From the human T2T-CHM13v2.0 reference genome, Homo sapiens, in the NCBI RefSeq assembly GCF_009914755.1, contig NC_060937.1: DNA of 64,000 bases; one strand, written 5' to 3'. Below, one piece after another: positions 31,283 through 53,275 of the stretch. The position numbers were made by a program, and so were the translations under genes. The notes under the pieces were generated by a model, which was not told the origin of the DNA, did not search any database, and saw nothing but the letters and a program-made list of their open reading frames with translations. The stretch's first letter is position 1, and every line of letters starts with the position of its first letter.

Positions 31283-31703
31283 CAGGAAAGGAACTCTTAT
31301 ACACTGTTGGTGAGAATGTAAACTAGAACATATACTACTATGGACAACAGTATGAAGTTCCTCACAAAACTAAAAATAGAATTACCATATGATCCAGCAA
31401 CCCCACTACAGGGCATTCATCCAAAGGAAAAAACAATCAATACATCAAAGAGGCATCTGCATCTCCCCAGCATGTTTACTGCAGCACTATTCACAACAGC
31501 CAAGACATGGAATCAACCTAAGTGTCCAACAACAGATGAAGAACAGATAATGAAAATGTGGTATATGCATACAATGGAATGCTATTCAGCCATTAAAAAA
31601 ATGAAATCCAGTCATTAACAGCAACATGGATGGAACTGGAGGACATTATGCTAAGTGAAATCAAGCCAAGAACCAAAAGTTAAACACCCAATATTCTCAC
31701 TGA

Positions 31704-32017
<314 letters not shown>

Positions 32018-35000
32018 GGGTTGATATCATAGAAGTAGAAAGTAGGACAGAGTATACTAGAGGCTGGGAAGGGTGGGAGGAAGAGAGGGATAGGAAGAGA
32101 TTTGTTAAAGGATACAAAATTACCGCAAGACTGGAGGGCAAAGTTCTAGTGTTCTATATACCACTGTAAGATAACTACAATTAGCAATAATACATCACCT
32201 AGTTTCAAAGATCTAGAAGGAGGAAACTGAATGTTCTCAACACAAAGAAATGATAAATGTTTGAGATGCACATACTAATTACCCTGATATGATCACTACA
32301 TACTACATGTATTGCAACATCACTATGTACCCCATAAGTATGTACAATTATTATGGGTCAGTTAAAAAAAATCAATAAATAAAACATTTTAAGTGGTAAC
32401 TGAAGAAAAAAAGAGGACAAATTCAGTGGTGCTATTTTCCTTCAACAAAGTATATGGCTTGTTTATGTTTGCTGGAATATTTAAATAGTGGATGCAAAGG
32501 TAGTCTCTGGTTGTATTTTTTCTAAAGGGAAACAAATGGTTATTCCCTAAAATGCCTAAAACTGGCTTCCTTGCCAATTTCCAAAGTATGGTCTTCAAAT
32601 ACATTTGTTTTGGAAGGGATAAAAAGACTTTTTTTTTTTTTTTTTGCAACCTCAAGCATTGTGAAATAATAAGAGCATTATACACAACAAATTATTTAAT
32701 TAGTTTAAACATGATCTGAAGGGGAAATACAGCAGCTAAGAGATTATATAACATGGGGGAGGGAGAGGTAAGGGAAAGCTTCTCCAAATATGAGCTGCTT
32801 AAGCTAAGATCTTAAGTGTACGAATTAGCTTAGAAAAGTGAGGTTAAAAGTATTACACACATGCTATGTGTAAGTTCTGAGATGGGTATGTGTTGCAATG
32901 TTCTAGGACCAGATGGCAGGTCCTGCCAGTCTCCTCTATTGTGATGAGAAGGCAGGAGAAGCTAAGTGCCAAGGCTAGTAGTTTTAGCAGAGGAGGCTGA
33001 GGTGGCTCCTATCTAATGATTTCCATTTTCTCTGTAGCTAGGTGGTTGGGTAATTTGATAGAGTGTGTAGGGGAAGGTGTTAAGGATAGCTAGAGGCTTG
33101 CAGAAACTCAGCATGATACATCTGAGATTGCTAATTTAAAAAAATACAACTGATTTTTATATAGTGCTGCTCAATCCTGTGACCCTGATAAACTTACTAT
33201 TAGTTCTAATAGCTTTAATATTGATTCTTTGGCATGTTCTACATAGGTCATCATCCTGTACATAAACAAAGACAGCTTTATTTCTCTCTTTTAAATGTGT
33301 AGGTCTCATTTCTTTTTCTTCCCTTTTTGCATTGGCTAGACCTTCCATCCAGTACAATGTTGAAGACAAGCAGTGAAAATGGACAGCCTTGCCTAGTTCC
33401 TGATCTTAGGGGCAAAGCATTCAATCTTTCATCATTAAGAATATTAGCAACTGGCTTTATGTACTTACTGCCTTTTATTGCCTAGTCTCAGAAGTCTCTA
33501 CTGCACATGCTCTATGAGTTGAGGCAGCCACAAAGGTTCAAGGGGAGGGACAAAGGCTCCACTTTTGATGGGGAGTGATAAGGTTCTGGATGAGCATGTG
33601 GGACCAGAAACTGTCTTTTCAATTTTGAAAATGCAAATGCTACAGCATCTTAATGATTTATCTCCTCATATGGCATATTCTCCCTTTTCCTGCTTTACCT
33701 AGGGAAATTCTATCCATTCTTCACATATCCTCTGTGAAATCTCTGATTATTCCAGCCCTCATAGATCTCTCTGCTGAAATGTTATCAGACTTTAGTCTAT
33801 TACTGAAACTCTTACACTATATCATGAATTCTATTAATGTAATAATAGTATGTTTTATTCACCATTATATCCCCAAGGCCTAACACAGTACCTGTTAACA
33901 TAGGGTAAATCAAATAAAAATGTAAAGAAATGTATGGATTATAACTCATTATTTCATTATGTAAGAGTTTGTACTGATTGATGTATTTACGAGTCTATTT
34001 GACTAACATCTGTGCCAGGCACTGTGCTAGGTTGGGAATATGATGTCAAGTAAGACAGACCCTGATGCGGTTAACAGAGGAACTGTGGATGGGGTAGGCA
34101 CAGGTGTCCATGTGTACTTGGGGGTGGGGGTGGGGGTAGAGCATCTGCAGTGCATATAGAGTTGTTTACCTGAGATGCCTCTGGTACTTCTTAGAGATGT
34201 TCAAGAAACAAGGAATATTATGGGTCTCGTGGTCAGGTGAGAGGTCTGATCTGGAGATATAGGTATGAAAATCAGTGTTCAGGGAACAAGTCAATCACTG
34301 ATGTGGATAAGATCATCAAGGAAGAAGAGTCAAAGATACAAGAAAAAGTATATTCACTATAGCATTATTTATAACAGTGAAAAAATAGACAAATGTTCTA
34401 CCATTAGGGAACCAATTAAATAAATTATGGCATATTAATAAAATATTGTGCAGTCACAAAAACAGTATTTTAGAAAAAATATTTGTTGACAAGGAAAATA
34501 ACTCATGATCCATTATACAGAAAAAGTTAGGGTATAAAAACAGCACATAATGCATGGTCTCAACTTTGTAAAAAGAAATGTGTTAATGTTGGTTGTTTCT
34601 GAATGGTGGTGACAATCTGGTTGACTTTATTTTCTGCTCTATACTTTGTAATGTCTTAGTTTCTAATATGAACATAGGTTTTATTACAAAAAAGTGTTAT
34701 TTCTTAATCTAAAATATGTAGCTGCTAATGTTTACCTGATGAGTGTGGTTAAGATCTTAACACAGATTTTGTGGATAGAAGGCTTTAATCTTTTAAAATT
34801 TTAGACCTTTAATTGAGAATATTAATTTTAACCTATAGCAGCTACAGGTCTTCTCACATTCTCTAATTTAATCATCCCAACAACACTATATGGTAGACAC
34901 TATTATTTTATAGATCTGGAAACAGGCCAGGTCAGGTAGTTTACCCAAGGTTACAACGGGGCTAGTGAAGCTGTGGAAAGAGGACTGTCTCCAGGTCCTG

Positions 35001-35074
35001 TTTGACTCCAATAAGCCACCCTTTACCACAATTGACACCTGGCATCCCAAGACACCTTCACATAGGTTATAAAT

Positions 35075-35630
35075 ATTTCTCAAACTTGTTTGATCAAAAC
35101 AATCACCCGGAGGGTGCTTGCTAAGCATACAGGAATCTAAGAGAGGGAGGTAGATAGAAGGTGGGAGGGTTATACAAGGATTCTATCGCCGTATCTCAGA
35201 CCTTCTGAATAAAAACTTCCCAGGGTGGGGGAGGAGAGAAGACAAGTTTGAGAGTTTTTTTTTTTTTTTTTTTTTTTTGGGACGGAGTCTCCTTCTGTCA
35301 CCCAGGCTGGAGTGCAGTGGCACAATCTTGATTCACCGCAAGCTCTGCCTCCTGGGTTACACCATTCTCCTGCCTCAGCCTCCCAAGTAGCTGGGACTAC
35401 AGGCGCCCGCCACCACACCTGGCTCATTTTTTTTTTGCATTTTTAGTAGAGACGGGGTTTCACCGTGTTAGCCAGGATGGTCTTGATCTCCTGACCTCGT
35501 GATCCGCCCGCCTTGGCCTCCCAACGTGCTGGGATTACAGGCGTGAGCTAGCGTGCCCAGCTGACAAGCTTGAGAGTTTTTAAACAAGGGCCCCAAGCAA
35601 ATTTACTGTCAGGCAAGTTTGTGAAATTCT
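35075..35630. mobile_element. MER5A-like hAT element split by an Alu
   Basis: tttctcaaactt...aatcacc.gga.ggtgctt start and aagtttg.gaaa end. Confidence 0.45.
35255..35562 (-). mobile_element. AluY-like
   Basis: TSD GACAAG(T/C)TTGAGAGTTTTT at 35241 and 35563. Confidence 0.95.
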
Positions 35631-36562
35631 ATTATCACATTAGATAATTGATACTCAGTTTTACAGAGCAGGAAGATGAGCCCCAAATCAGATTAAGCTA
35701 CAGTATATGGTGGCAAAGACAAGAACTACACAGTTCAACTGCAATTAATTTTCAAATTTAAGATTCATTTGTGGAATTTCAAAGTCCAAGATAAGTTCGC
35801 AAAGATATGGGGTCACATGAGCAACTCTGGCACGTGCACCATAATAAATTCTGTGGTCACCCTAATTACAACCCTTTCAGAGTAATCAACTGGTTAATCT
35901 GAATTTGGCTGTCTGGGTTGGCTGTTCATTTGTTTATTATTTACATATTTATTTGCAAAAAAATCTCATGTTGTAAGTTTAAATAAGGGCATATCATATA
36001 CTAGTATAAGGAATAGTCAAAACCAGCATAGGGCAAAATTCCTGTGGTGTCTCTCTAAACGCCTTATTTCTCTCTTCCCAGTTCAGCAACTGTGCAACTG
36101 AACATGGTGGAGAAATATAACCACAAGTATGCTGAACAGACTTACTTTAACTTTATAATAATTAATAACCTCAAGTGGGACTTTAATAGTGGCATCTGTT
36201 CTGTGACCCATTTTTGCTTACAGTTGGCTAATTATTAAGAAGTTAACAGAGGTTTAAGCTGTGACCTCAGGCTCGTGGATGTATGAAAAAAACCTTCAGG
36301 GAACTTAAGCTAAAATCATGGTCTAACAGGTGGTAGAATAGATACTTTTAAAGGGTAGGGCTAGCACTGTTTTAGTTTTCCCTTAAATATTACTACCAAC
36401 AATGATTGTAAGGTCTAGCTGCACACACAGGAGCCACAAATATCTGCTTGCTTTAACTTAATAAAGACTTAAGGCAAAATCCACTCTATCATCTCATTCC
36501 AGACATTTTGGTTTTCCAAAGCTACATAAATTTATTAACTTTTGGTTTGCAGTTTCAACTTA

Positions 36563-36900
<338 letters not shown>

Positions 36901-37059
36901 ACTTTTGCAGGGGTCTACCAATTATGGGAATAACGCTCATTATAAAACGTTTAAAAGCTAGATATAGAAAATATTTAAAAATCTAAAATCACCCATAGTT
37001 GAAGAATTCAATTATAATAACTGCCAATATTTTTGCATTTTCCTTAGTAAGAGTGACAG

Positions 37060-37275
37060 TTTCAGAGCCTCCTATGTGCCAGGTACTCTGCTCTTTACTT
37101 GTATTATTGAATCTTTACAACAACGCTTTGACGTAGGTACTATTAGCACTCCCGTTTTACTGATGAGGAAACCTAGACTAATAGCTTATATAACTTTGCC
37201 CACAGACACAATACTACTAAGTGGTGGAGTCAGTATTCAAACTCACTTTCTGTCCTATTCCAGGACCTGTACTAT
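37060..37275 (-). mobile_element. MIR SINE
   Basis: tatgtgccagg...ttttactgatgaggaaac...aacttgccca core motifs. Confidence 0.6.
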
Positions 37276-37633
37276 CAACTATACAATAATGCCCATTCTT
37301 TTGTTATTCACTTATGTGTGTGGACTCCAACTATCCTTTGATCTCAACGGGCCCTACAATCTTTTGAATCTACGACATTTTCACTATTTCTCACCTGCTC
37401 ATGTCCTAACATGCCACCTGGCTCAGCTTCCATGGTCAACCACCAGAACTGTTCCCTTGTGTACACACTGACTCCCTTGCTTCTCTTTCACTTTGTCATA
37501 TGCTCTTGGCTAATTCCAACACTGCCTAGATCCAACTCTCTGCCTATTCCATACCAGCACTTTTGCAGCTGAACACAGTGGAGAAAAAGAACCACAATCA
37601 TGCTAAACAGACTTATATATTTTTTATACATTT

Positions 37634-37744
37634 AAAAAAATAAATGGAATGCTTCACGAATTTACGTGTCATCCTTGCATAGGGGCCATGCTAATCTTCT
37701 CTGTATTTTTCCAATTTTAGTATACGTGCTGCCAAAGCAAGCAC
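37634..37744 (-). pseudogene. U6 snRNA retropseudogene (full length)
   Basis: Reverse complement reads GTGCTTGCTTTGGCAGCACGTATACTAAAATTGG...ACAGAGAAGATTAGCATGGCCCCT...TTCGTGAAGCATTCCAT, then oligo-T and an A-rich tail. About 9 substitutions versus recalled U6; flanked by A(C/T)AGACTT. Confidence 0.95.
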
Positions 37745-37752
37745 ATAGACTT

Positions 37753-42461
<4,709 letters not shown>

Positions 42462-44199
42462 TAAACCCACTCTAGTCAGGCTTTCATGTTTACACCAATG
42501 CACCAAAACTGTTCTTATAAAGGTCACCAATAACCCTCATATTGCCAAATCTAATGGTCAATTCTTAGTCCTCATCTGACCTGATTTCTCAACAGCATTT
42601 TTCATAGTTGATTACTCCTTCCTTGAAATGCTTTCTTTACTTAAATTTCACAACACTCTGCTTTCCTGGTTTTCTTCCTACCTTTTAGCTGCTCCTTCTC
42701 TGGGTTTTCCTTATCTCTTCACCTCCAAATGTTGGAATAACTCACCACTCAGTCCTTTGACTTATCTTTTCTATCCAAACTCATTTTTGAGATCTCATCA
42801 AGTATTTTAGCCTTAAATAGCACGTATATATTGAAGATTCTTAAATTTACATCTCTAATGTCTACGCAGTTTTCAGGAGAGCGAAGACATGAGACTATTT
42901 GGAAGTTTTAAAGAATGAGACAGTGGAGAGAAAAAGTGATGGAACTAGAGAAGGGGGCGGAGGAATCAGCCTTAGCAGGGCAAGAGCACTACTTCCAGTT
43001 TAAAAGGCCAGGAAGCATGTAGGCAAGTTCTCGGGCAGCAAGGGAGGGATCTGAAGAACTCCCTAGCTTATGGCCTTAATTTGCTCAGTCAAAAATAGGT
43101 GAAATAATATTATAAATGTGAAAAAAGGATGTGATAAAAAGTCTGAAAAAAGCAGCAAGAGTTGAGAAGAGCTGACGAAGGAAATAGGAGAAAGCTAATT
43201 CATGTGTAAAATGATTGGAAAACTCTAGGTGAAGGTGAGGACTATCAAAATTAGTGGCTCCGATCTGCACAATCACATGATTTTCTCCCAAAGTTGACAG
43301 CAGGCTAAGTCCGACAAGAACAACAAAGGGGAAAGATATTTGCAAGTAGTTATTCAACAGTGACAAAATGACAAACCTGTAGCTACAGGGGAGGAAAAAT
43401 ATCCAAGAGGAACAGAGAGCTTGGGAATAATGGGATAGTTGAGACTAGAAGCTTTTATTAAATCTGAGAATAGGTGCATTGGGTATTAGAAAGTAGGCAG
43501 GGTGGGGACAACAGTAACTTGTTGCCAGAGAATGGGATTCTGCAATTTGAGATTTTAAAACTGGAGCAATTCCAGGTAATGGACGTGGGAAGTGAATAAG
43601 AATGAAGGTCACTGGAAATGAAAACTAAAGAACTATACGGCTAAAGAAATTCAGTAGAAAAGAACGTAAAGAAGGGAAATGGTATTCTGGCTAGATAAGC
43701 TAGGTCTCAAAGCAGCACATTTGATGGTTTTTAGAGTGCACAATGGAGGACTGAGGATGACACTGATTTCCCTCAAGCCTACCAAGGAAACAGGAAGAAT
43801 GAGTATCTACTTGAAAGGAGCATGGGGAGATGGTTTACAGAAGCCTCATTAACTACTATTAATAAAGTGTATTATTTGCAAAAAATCCAAAAAGATACAT
43901 ACTACGTAAAAATGAGTTTAGGATCTAATAAATCTTAGACTGTTTTGTATCTTTCTGTTTATTCATGGAGATCATGGGTCAGTGGGTTGGCCCTGTTTTT
44001 CCTTATTTTGCTGTTCATAATGATCTGTAGGAATGCAACCAAGATTATTATCCTTCTTATCCATGATGAAAAATGAAGATGAAGTACATCACATGCATAA
44101 AGGATGTATTATTTGGCCTGCAAAATTACTGAATTCTTGATTTAGCTAAATGCCTTCTGATAGTTTAATTGCATTCCAATGAATAATAAAAGTGGAAAC

Positions 44200-46960
<2,761 letters not shown>

Positions 46961-48029
46961 CACACACACACACACACGTGTGCATACATGTGTGAGCACA
47001 CATTTACCTACCCCATTGGGATTATTGCAATTACACTGAATTTATAGATTAGGGGTTACAAACTAGGTCAACAGGCCCAATTATGCTTGTAGAAATGTCT
47101 AGGTAGCAGAATTTCTGTAAAAATTTTCAATTTGAGTGCCTGTAACAACATCTAGACTCTAGTTAGCTATATAGCTTGTCCCACCGACTATATTATATTG
47201 ATTTGATTCAAAACTATTCTTTTTCTGACTGGTCCTGTAAGGTTTTAAATTTTCCACTTGGTCATCTAAACTATTCTTGCCTAGAGTTCTCTTCTAGGGA
47301 CCAAATACTCTTCTGAAGATGCCAGCTTCACTTTCATTGGTTGAAAATATTTTAAAATTTCTTTTGAGATTCCTTATTTGACCCATGTGTTATTTAAAAG
47401 TGTGTCATTTAATTTCCAAATACTTTGAGATGTTTCAGCTATCTTTTTGTTACTGATTTCTAGTTTAAGTCTACTGTGGTCTAAGACCATACTTTGTATG
47501 ATTTCTATTCTTGTAAATTTTTTTAAACTGTGTTTTATGATCCCAAATTTGGTCTATCTTGGTGAGTGGTTCCAGGTTAGCTTCAGAATGTATATTCTGC
47601 TATCGTTAGGTGAAATATCCTATAAGTGGCAATTAGATCCAGTTACTTGGTGGTGCTGTTTTATTCAGGTATATCCTTATTGGTTTTCTGTCTGCTGAAT
47701 CTGTCAATCAATGACAGAAGGCTCTTGAAATCTCCAAGTATAATAGTTTCTAAGAACACATCTGTTTCTCCTTGCAGTTCTATCAGTTTTTGCCTCATGT
47801 GCTTTGATGCCCTGTTGTTAGGTATACATACATTACAGATAGTTATGTCTTCTGGAGTACTCACCCATTAAAAAAAAAAAATTACTACGCAATGCCTCTT
47901 TTTATTCCTGATAATTTCCCTCATTCTGAAATTTGGTTTATCTGAAGGCTAGCTACTCCAGCCTTCTTTTGATTAGTGTTAGCAATTACTCTATCTGTAT
48001 CTTTACATTTAAAGTGGGTTTCTTTTTTT

Positions 48030-48669
48030 TTTTTTAGTCTCTTTTTTTTTATTATTATTATACTTTTAAGTTTTAGGGTACATGTGCACAATGTGCAGGT
48101 TACATATGTATACATGTGCCATGCTGGTGTGCTGCACCCATTAATTTGTCATTTAGCATTAGGTATATCTCCTAATGCTATCCCTCCCCCCTCCCCCCAC
48201 CCCACAACAGTCCCCAGAGTGTGATGTTCCCCTTCCTGTGTCCACGTGTTCTCATTGTTCAATTCCCATCTATGAGTGAGAACATGCAGTGTTTGGTTTT
48301 TTGTCCTTGCGATAGTTTACTGAGAATGATGATTTCCAATTTCATCCATGTCCCTACAAAGGACATGAACTCATCATTTTTTATGGCTGCATAGTATTCC
48401 ATGGTGTATATGTGCCACATTTTCTTAATCCAGTCTATCATTGTTGGACATTTGGGTTGGTTCCAAGTCTTTGCTATTGTGAATAGTGCCGCAATCAACA
48501 TACATGTGCATGTGTCTTTATAGCAGCATGATTTATAGTCCTGTGGGTATATACCCAGTGATGGGATGGCTGGGTCAAATGGTATTTCTAGTTCTAGATC
48601 TCTGAGGAATCGCCACACTGACTTCCACAATGGTTGAACTAGTTTACAGTCCCACCAACAGTGGAAAAG
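48030..48669 (-). mobile_element. 5'-truncated L1PA 3' end nested in an older L1M
   Basis: Very similar to 37790-38395. Possible short TSD GTTTCTT. Confidence 0.92.
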
Positions 48670-49503
48670 TTTCTTATAAACCACATGCATAAAATACATA
48701 TCTACAGTGACTGTTGATATATCTGGATTGATATCTACCATATCTAACTATTGCACTTGAGTTTTGTTTCATTTTTTTTGTCTTCCACTCTTTTTTTGCC
48801 TTCTCTGATTTTAGCTGAGTATTTTACATAACTTAATTTTCTCTCCTCTCTTAGAATGTCAATTCTATTTATTAAAAATATTTTTTTAGTAGTTGTCCTA
48901 AAGTTTGCAATATATATTTGCAACTAATCTAAGTCCACTTTCAAATAACACTATACCACTTCGTGGGTGGTACAAGTATCTTATAACAAAAGTATTCCCA
49001 ATTCCTCCCTCCTGTCCCTTATACCGTTGCTGTTATATATTTCACTTATCCATACAATTTGATCATCCAATATTGTGTTGCTATTATTATTTTGATTAAA
49101 CTGTTATCTGTTATATCAATTTTTAAAAACGTGATTTTATATTCATGTATTCCTTTTCTACCTTAACTGTCTTCCTTTCTTCATGCCAAGTTCCTGATAT
49201 ATCGTTTTCCTTCTTTCTGAAGAACGTCTTTGAACATTTCTTGTAAATCAGATCTACTGGTGACAAATTCTCTCAAATTTGGTTTGTCTGAGAATGTATT
49301 TCTTTTTCACTTTTGAAGGATAATTTTCACTAGATATAGAATTCTACATTGGTAAATTTTTCTTTCAAAATTTTATCCACCCTCTTCTTGCTTAAAAAGA
49401 AATATATAATTCTTACCATTGTTTTTCTACAGATAAGGTGTTTTTTCTTCTTTGGCTTCTTTCAAGATTTTTTTCTCTTTCTTCTGTTCTCTAAAATTTT
49501 TCT

Positions 49504-49800
<297 letters not shown>

Positions 49801-50143
49801 TTCTGCAGTTTGAATATGATACACCTAGGCATTTATTGGTATTTATTCTGCTTGGTGTTTTTGTGAACTTCTTGAATCTATGGCTTGACATTTGTTAATA
49901 ATTTTGGAAAACTCAGTCATTATTATTTCAAATACTTCTTTTCCTCTTTCTTTTTTTCCTGGTGTTCCTGTTCCTTATATGTTACACCTTTTATAACTGA
50001 CTCACAGTTTTTGAATATTCTGTTTTTCTCAGTCTTTTTGTTCCTCTTTGCTTTTCAAGTTGGGAAGTTTCTATTGACATATCTTCAAGCTCACTGATTC
50101 TTTTCTCAGCCAGGTCCGTTACACTGATGGGCCCAACAAACAC

Positions 50144-50302
50144 ATTTTTTTTTTTTTTGAGTCAGGGTCTTACTCTGTCACCTAGTCTGGAGTGCAGTGG
50201 TGCAATCATAGTTCACTGTAGTCTCAAACTCCTGGGCTCAAGTGATCCTCAGCCTCTGAAGTAGCTAGGACTACAGGTGTGTGCCACCACACCTGGCTAA
50301 TT
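50144..50302 (-). mobile_element. Alu right arm only (J/FRAM-like)
   Basis: Single monomer with a T tail on the + strand. Confidence 0.85.
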
Positions 50303-51503
50303 TCAAAGGCATTCTTCATTTCTGTTACACTATTTTTGATTTTGAGCATTTGCTTTTGGTTTGTTCTAAGAATTTCTCTGCCTCTGCTTACGTTACTTTA
50401 AATGCTGTGCACTTTTTCCATTGGAGCCCTTAGCATATTAATGTTATTTTAAATTCCTGGTCTGATAATTCCAAATATCTGCTATATATAAATCTGATAC
50501 TGATATTTGCTTTGTCTTTTCAGATTGTGCTTCTTCTTTTTAGCATGCCTTGTGACTTTTTTTGTTCTAAGTTAGTCATGATGTATTTGGTAAAAGTTAC
50601 TGAGGTAGATTGGCCTTTTATGTTTATCTGGGTAGGAATCGGTTGTGTTTACTGTTTGCTGTAGTTGTAGGTGACAGAGGCTAAAATTTCCTCTGGTGCC
50701 TTTTTTTCTTCTCCCCCGTTGTCTTTTCTCTCCTTAAATAAAATCTAAGAGGTAAGTTCTTTCAGTACTGCCTTATTATTGCAAAGGGGCCTGCTCTATG
50801 GATGTGGTGGTGAGGTGAAAAGGGAGGTACGTATTGTACAGTCCTATGATCAGCTGTCAGTCTTTCAGTCGGACTGTGTGACTGTGAAGGGATGTACCCT
50901 TCAAAAGCGGTTCTCAGTTTTTTTGTTTTTCCACTCCCCTTGGTGAGACAAGAAGGCCAGAGGGGGCTAGATTTGGGAATTTCCATCCCCCTAGGGTGGC
51001 TGGGCTCCAGTAAAAAAGTTTCCTTTCTGTGCAGGCCTTTGTTAAGGAGAATGAAATGCTCTGGGAGTATCTAAAAATGGCTACTTTTCCCTCCCAATGA
51101 GGAAGAGGGGAGAACATTTTTCTTAGATCTTCACTGTGAGAACCTGGCAGAGTTCCTCAAGGTAAAACTCACAAAAGCGTATGGGCTTCTCCGTGGCTGG
51201 CTCTTCAGGAGTTGTTATCTCTCAAGCTAGTTCACACTCAGATTCCAGCAATTAATTACCCTTTAAATATTCCTACCTGAAGCTGGCTCCAGTGGTGGGT
51301 TCTTAGAGGTTTCTGTTGGTAGTAAGCTGACTCTATGGATCTGCTTGCCTTCAGTTTCCAGCTCAAGTGTGACCTCAATTCTCTGATGAATCTAACAGGA
51401 ATTCACAACGTCCAAGTGCTTTACCTGTTAGAGGCTAAACTACTTTTTAAGAGAAATCTTTTTGCATATCTTTGATTACTTACATTATGAACTTACTGTA
51501 CTA

Positions 51504-52201
<698 letters not shown>

Positions 52202-53127
52202 TTATTTTTCTGCTCACAAACCTTCAATGCCATTCATCCCTGCCAAATACCATTCATCTGGTGGTTGGAGAGGGCCACTGAAGTCTTCTGGATAATCCAG
52301 ACCTTATCTGTTTTTCAATTTCATCCCTCACTACTGCTTAAAGTAATCCTTTTGTTCCAGTGATCACTGAATTTATTGTCCCTAGAATACACCATGATCA
52401 CTCATTTCGTTTTTGTTCATCATCCCTCAATGTTTATAATGCTGTCCCATGTTCTCTCAGCCTTTTTGAATTCAATCTATACTACTCTGACTGCTCACCT
52501 TGCTCTCACCCATTTCAGCTGCTGCATATTTATAGAGAGTATTCCAGTACACTTAGGAAGGCGTCAGAAAGCCGACAAGTTTTCACAGACTACTTCTTCA
52601 ATATGGGCACAGAGGATGGGGTCAAATCCACTCTATGCAAAATGAGGACTAATTTAGATAATAAAACTAAGAATTTCTGAAATCTGAAACAAATGCACGT
52701 TGGCTGCTTATTAAATAAAATCATGTAATTATAGTTTTTCAACTTCTTGTTTCTCATTTTTTTCAGGATTTTCTACCTGTGACATCATGACTGCATTAAG
52801 CAGCTCTCCTAACTTCTCAAATCTAGTTTCATTTTTTTTTTTGGCCCAATTTATAACATGGACAAAGTAATTACTAATGACATATTTAGTAGCAATTAAA
52901 ACTTAAACTATTTTTCCTGTCTCTTTAGAGAAACATACATACAAAACAACTATTTCTAAGATAAATATAAAAGTATAAGTAGTGTCACAAGAAAAGTCTA
53001 AATAAGCAAATGCATGGTACAAAGATGATAATTAAAATGAAGAAAAGCTGTTATCAATCCTGAAAAACAGGTTTTTCAGCCCTGAAGTCTGATTTTTTTA
53101 ATTAAAAAAAAAAAAGACCCAACTCAC

Positions 53128-53275
53128 GTTCCATTTGCTCAAACATCACTGAGAAGAGGAAGTCTCGTGGTGTCATATAATATTCTCCTTCATGTTCGAG
53201 TGAAGAAAACTGCATGAAGCGCTGCTTACGAAGAGACGGTTTCCCAATATATATTATTCCATGTTCAACATTTTT
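53128..53275 (-). CDS. MICU2: MICU2 coding exon 2 (148 nt, KNVEHGIIYIGKPSLRKQRFMQFSSLEHEGEYYMTPRDFLFSVMFEQME+C)
   Basis: Minus-strand translation matches recalled human MICU2. Polypyrimidine tract with TAG acceptor and GTGAGT donor; phase 0 to phase 1. Confidence 0.96.

Noticed and set aside
34091-34137. G-run cluster as a G-quadruplex
   Set aside because: Only three closely spaced G5 tracts with a distant fourth; this is common and has no supporting context.
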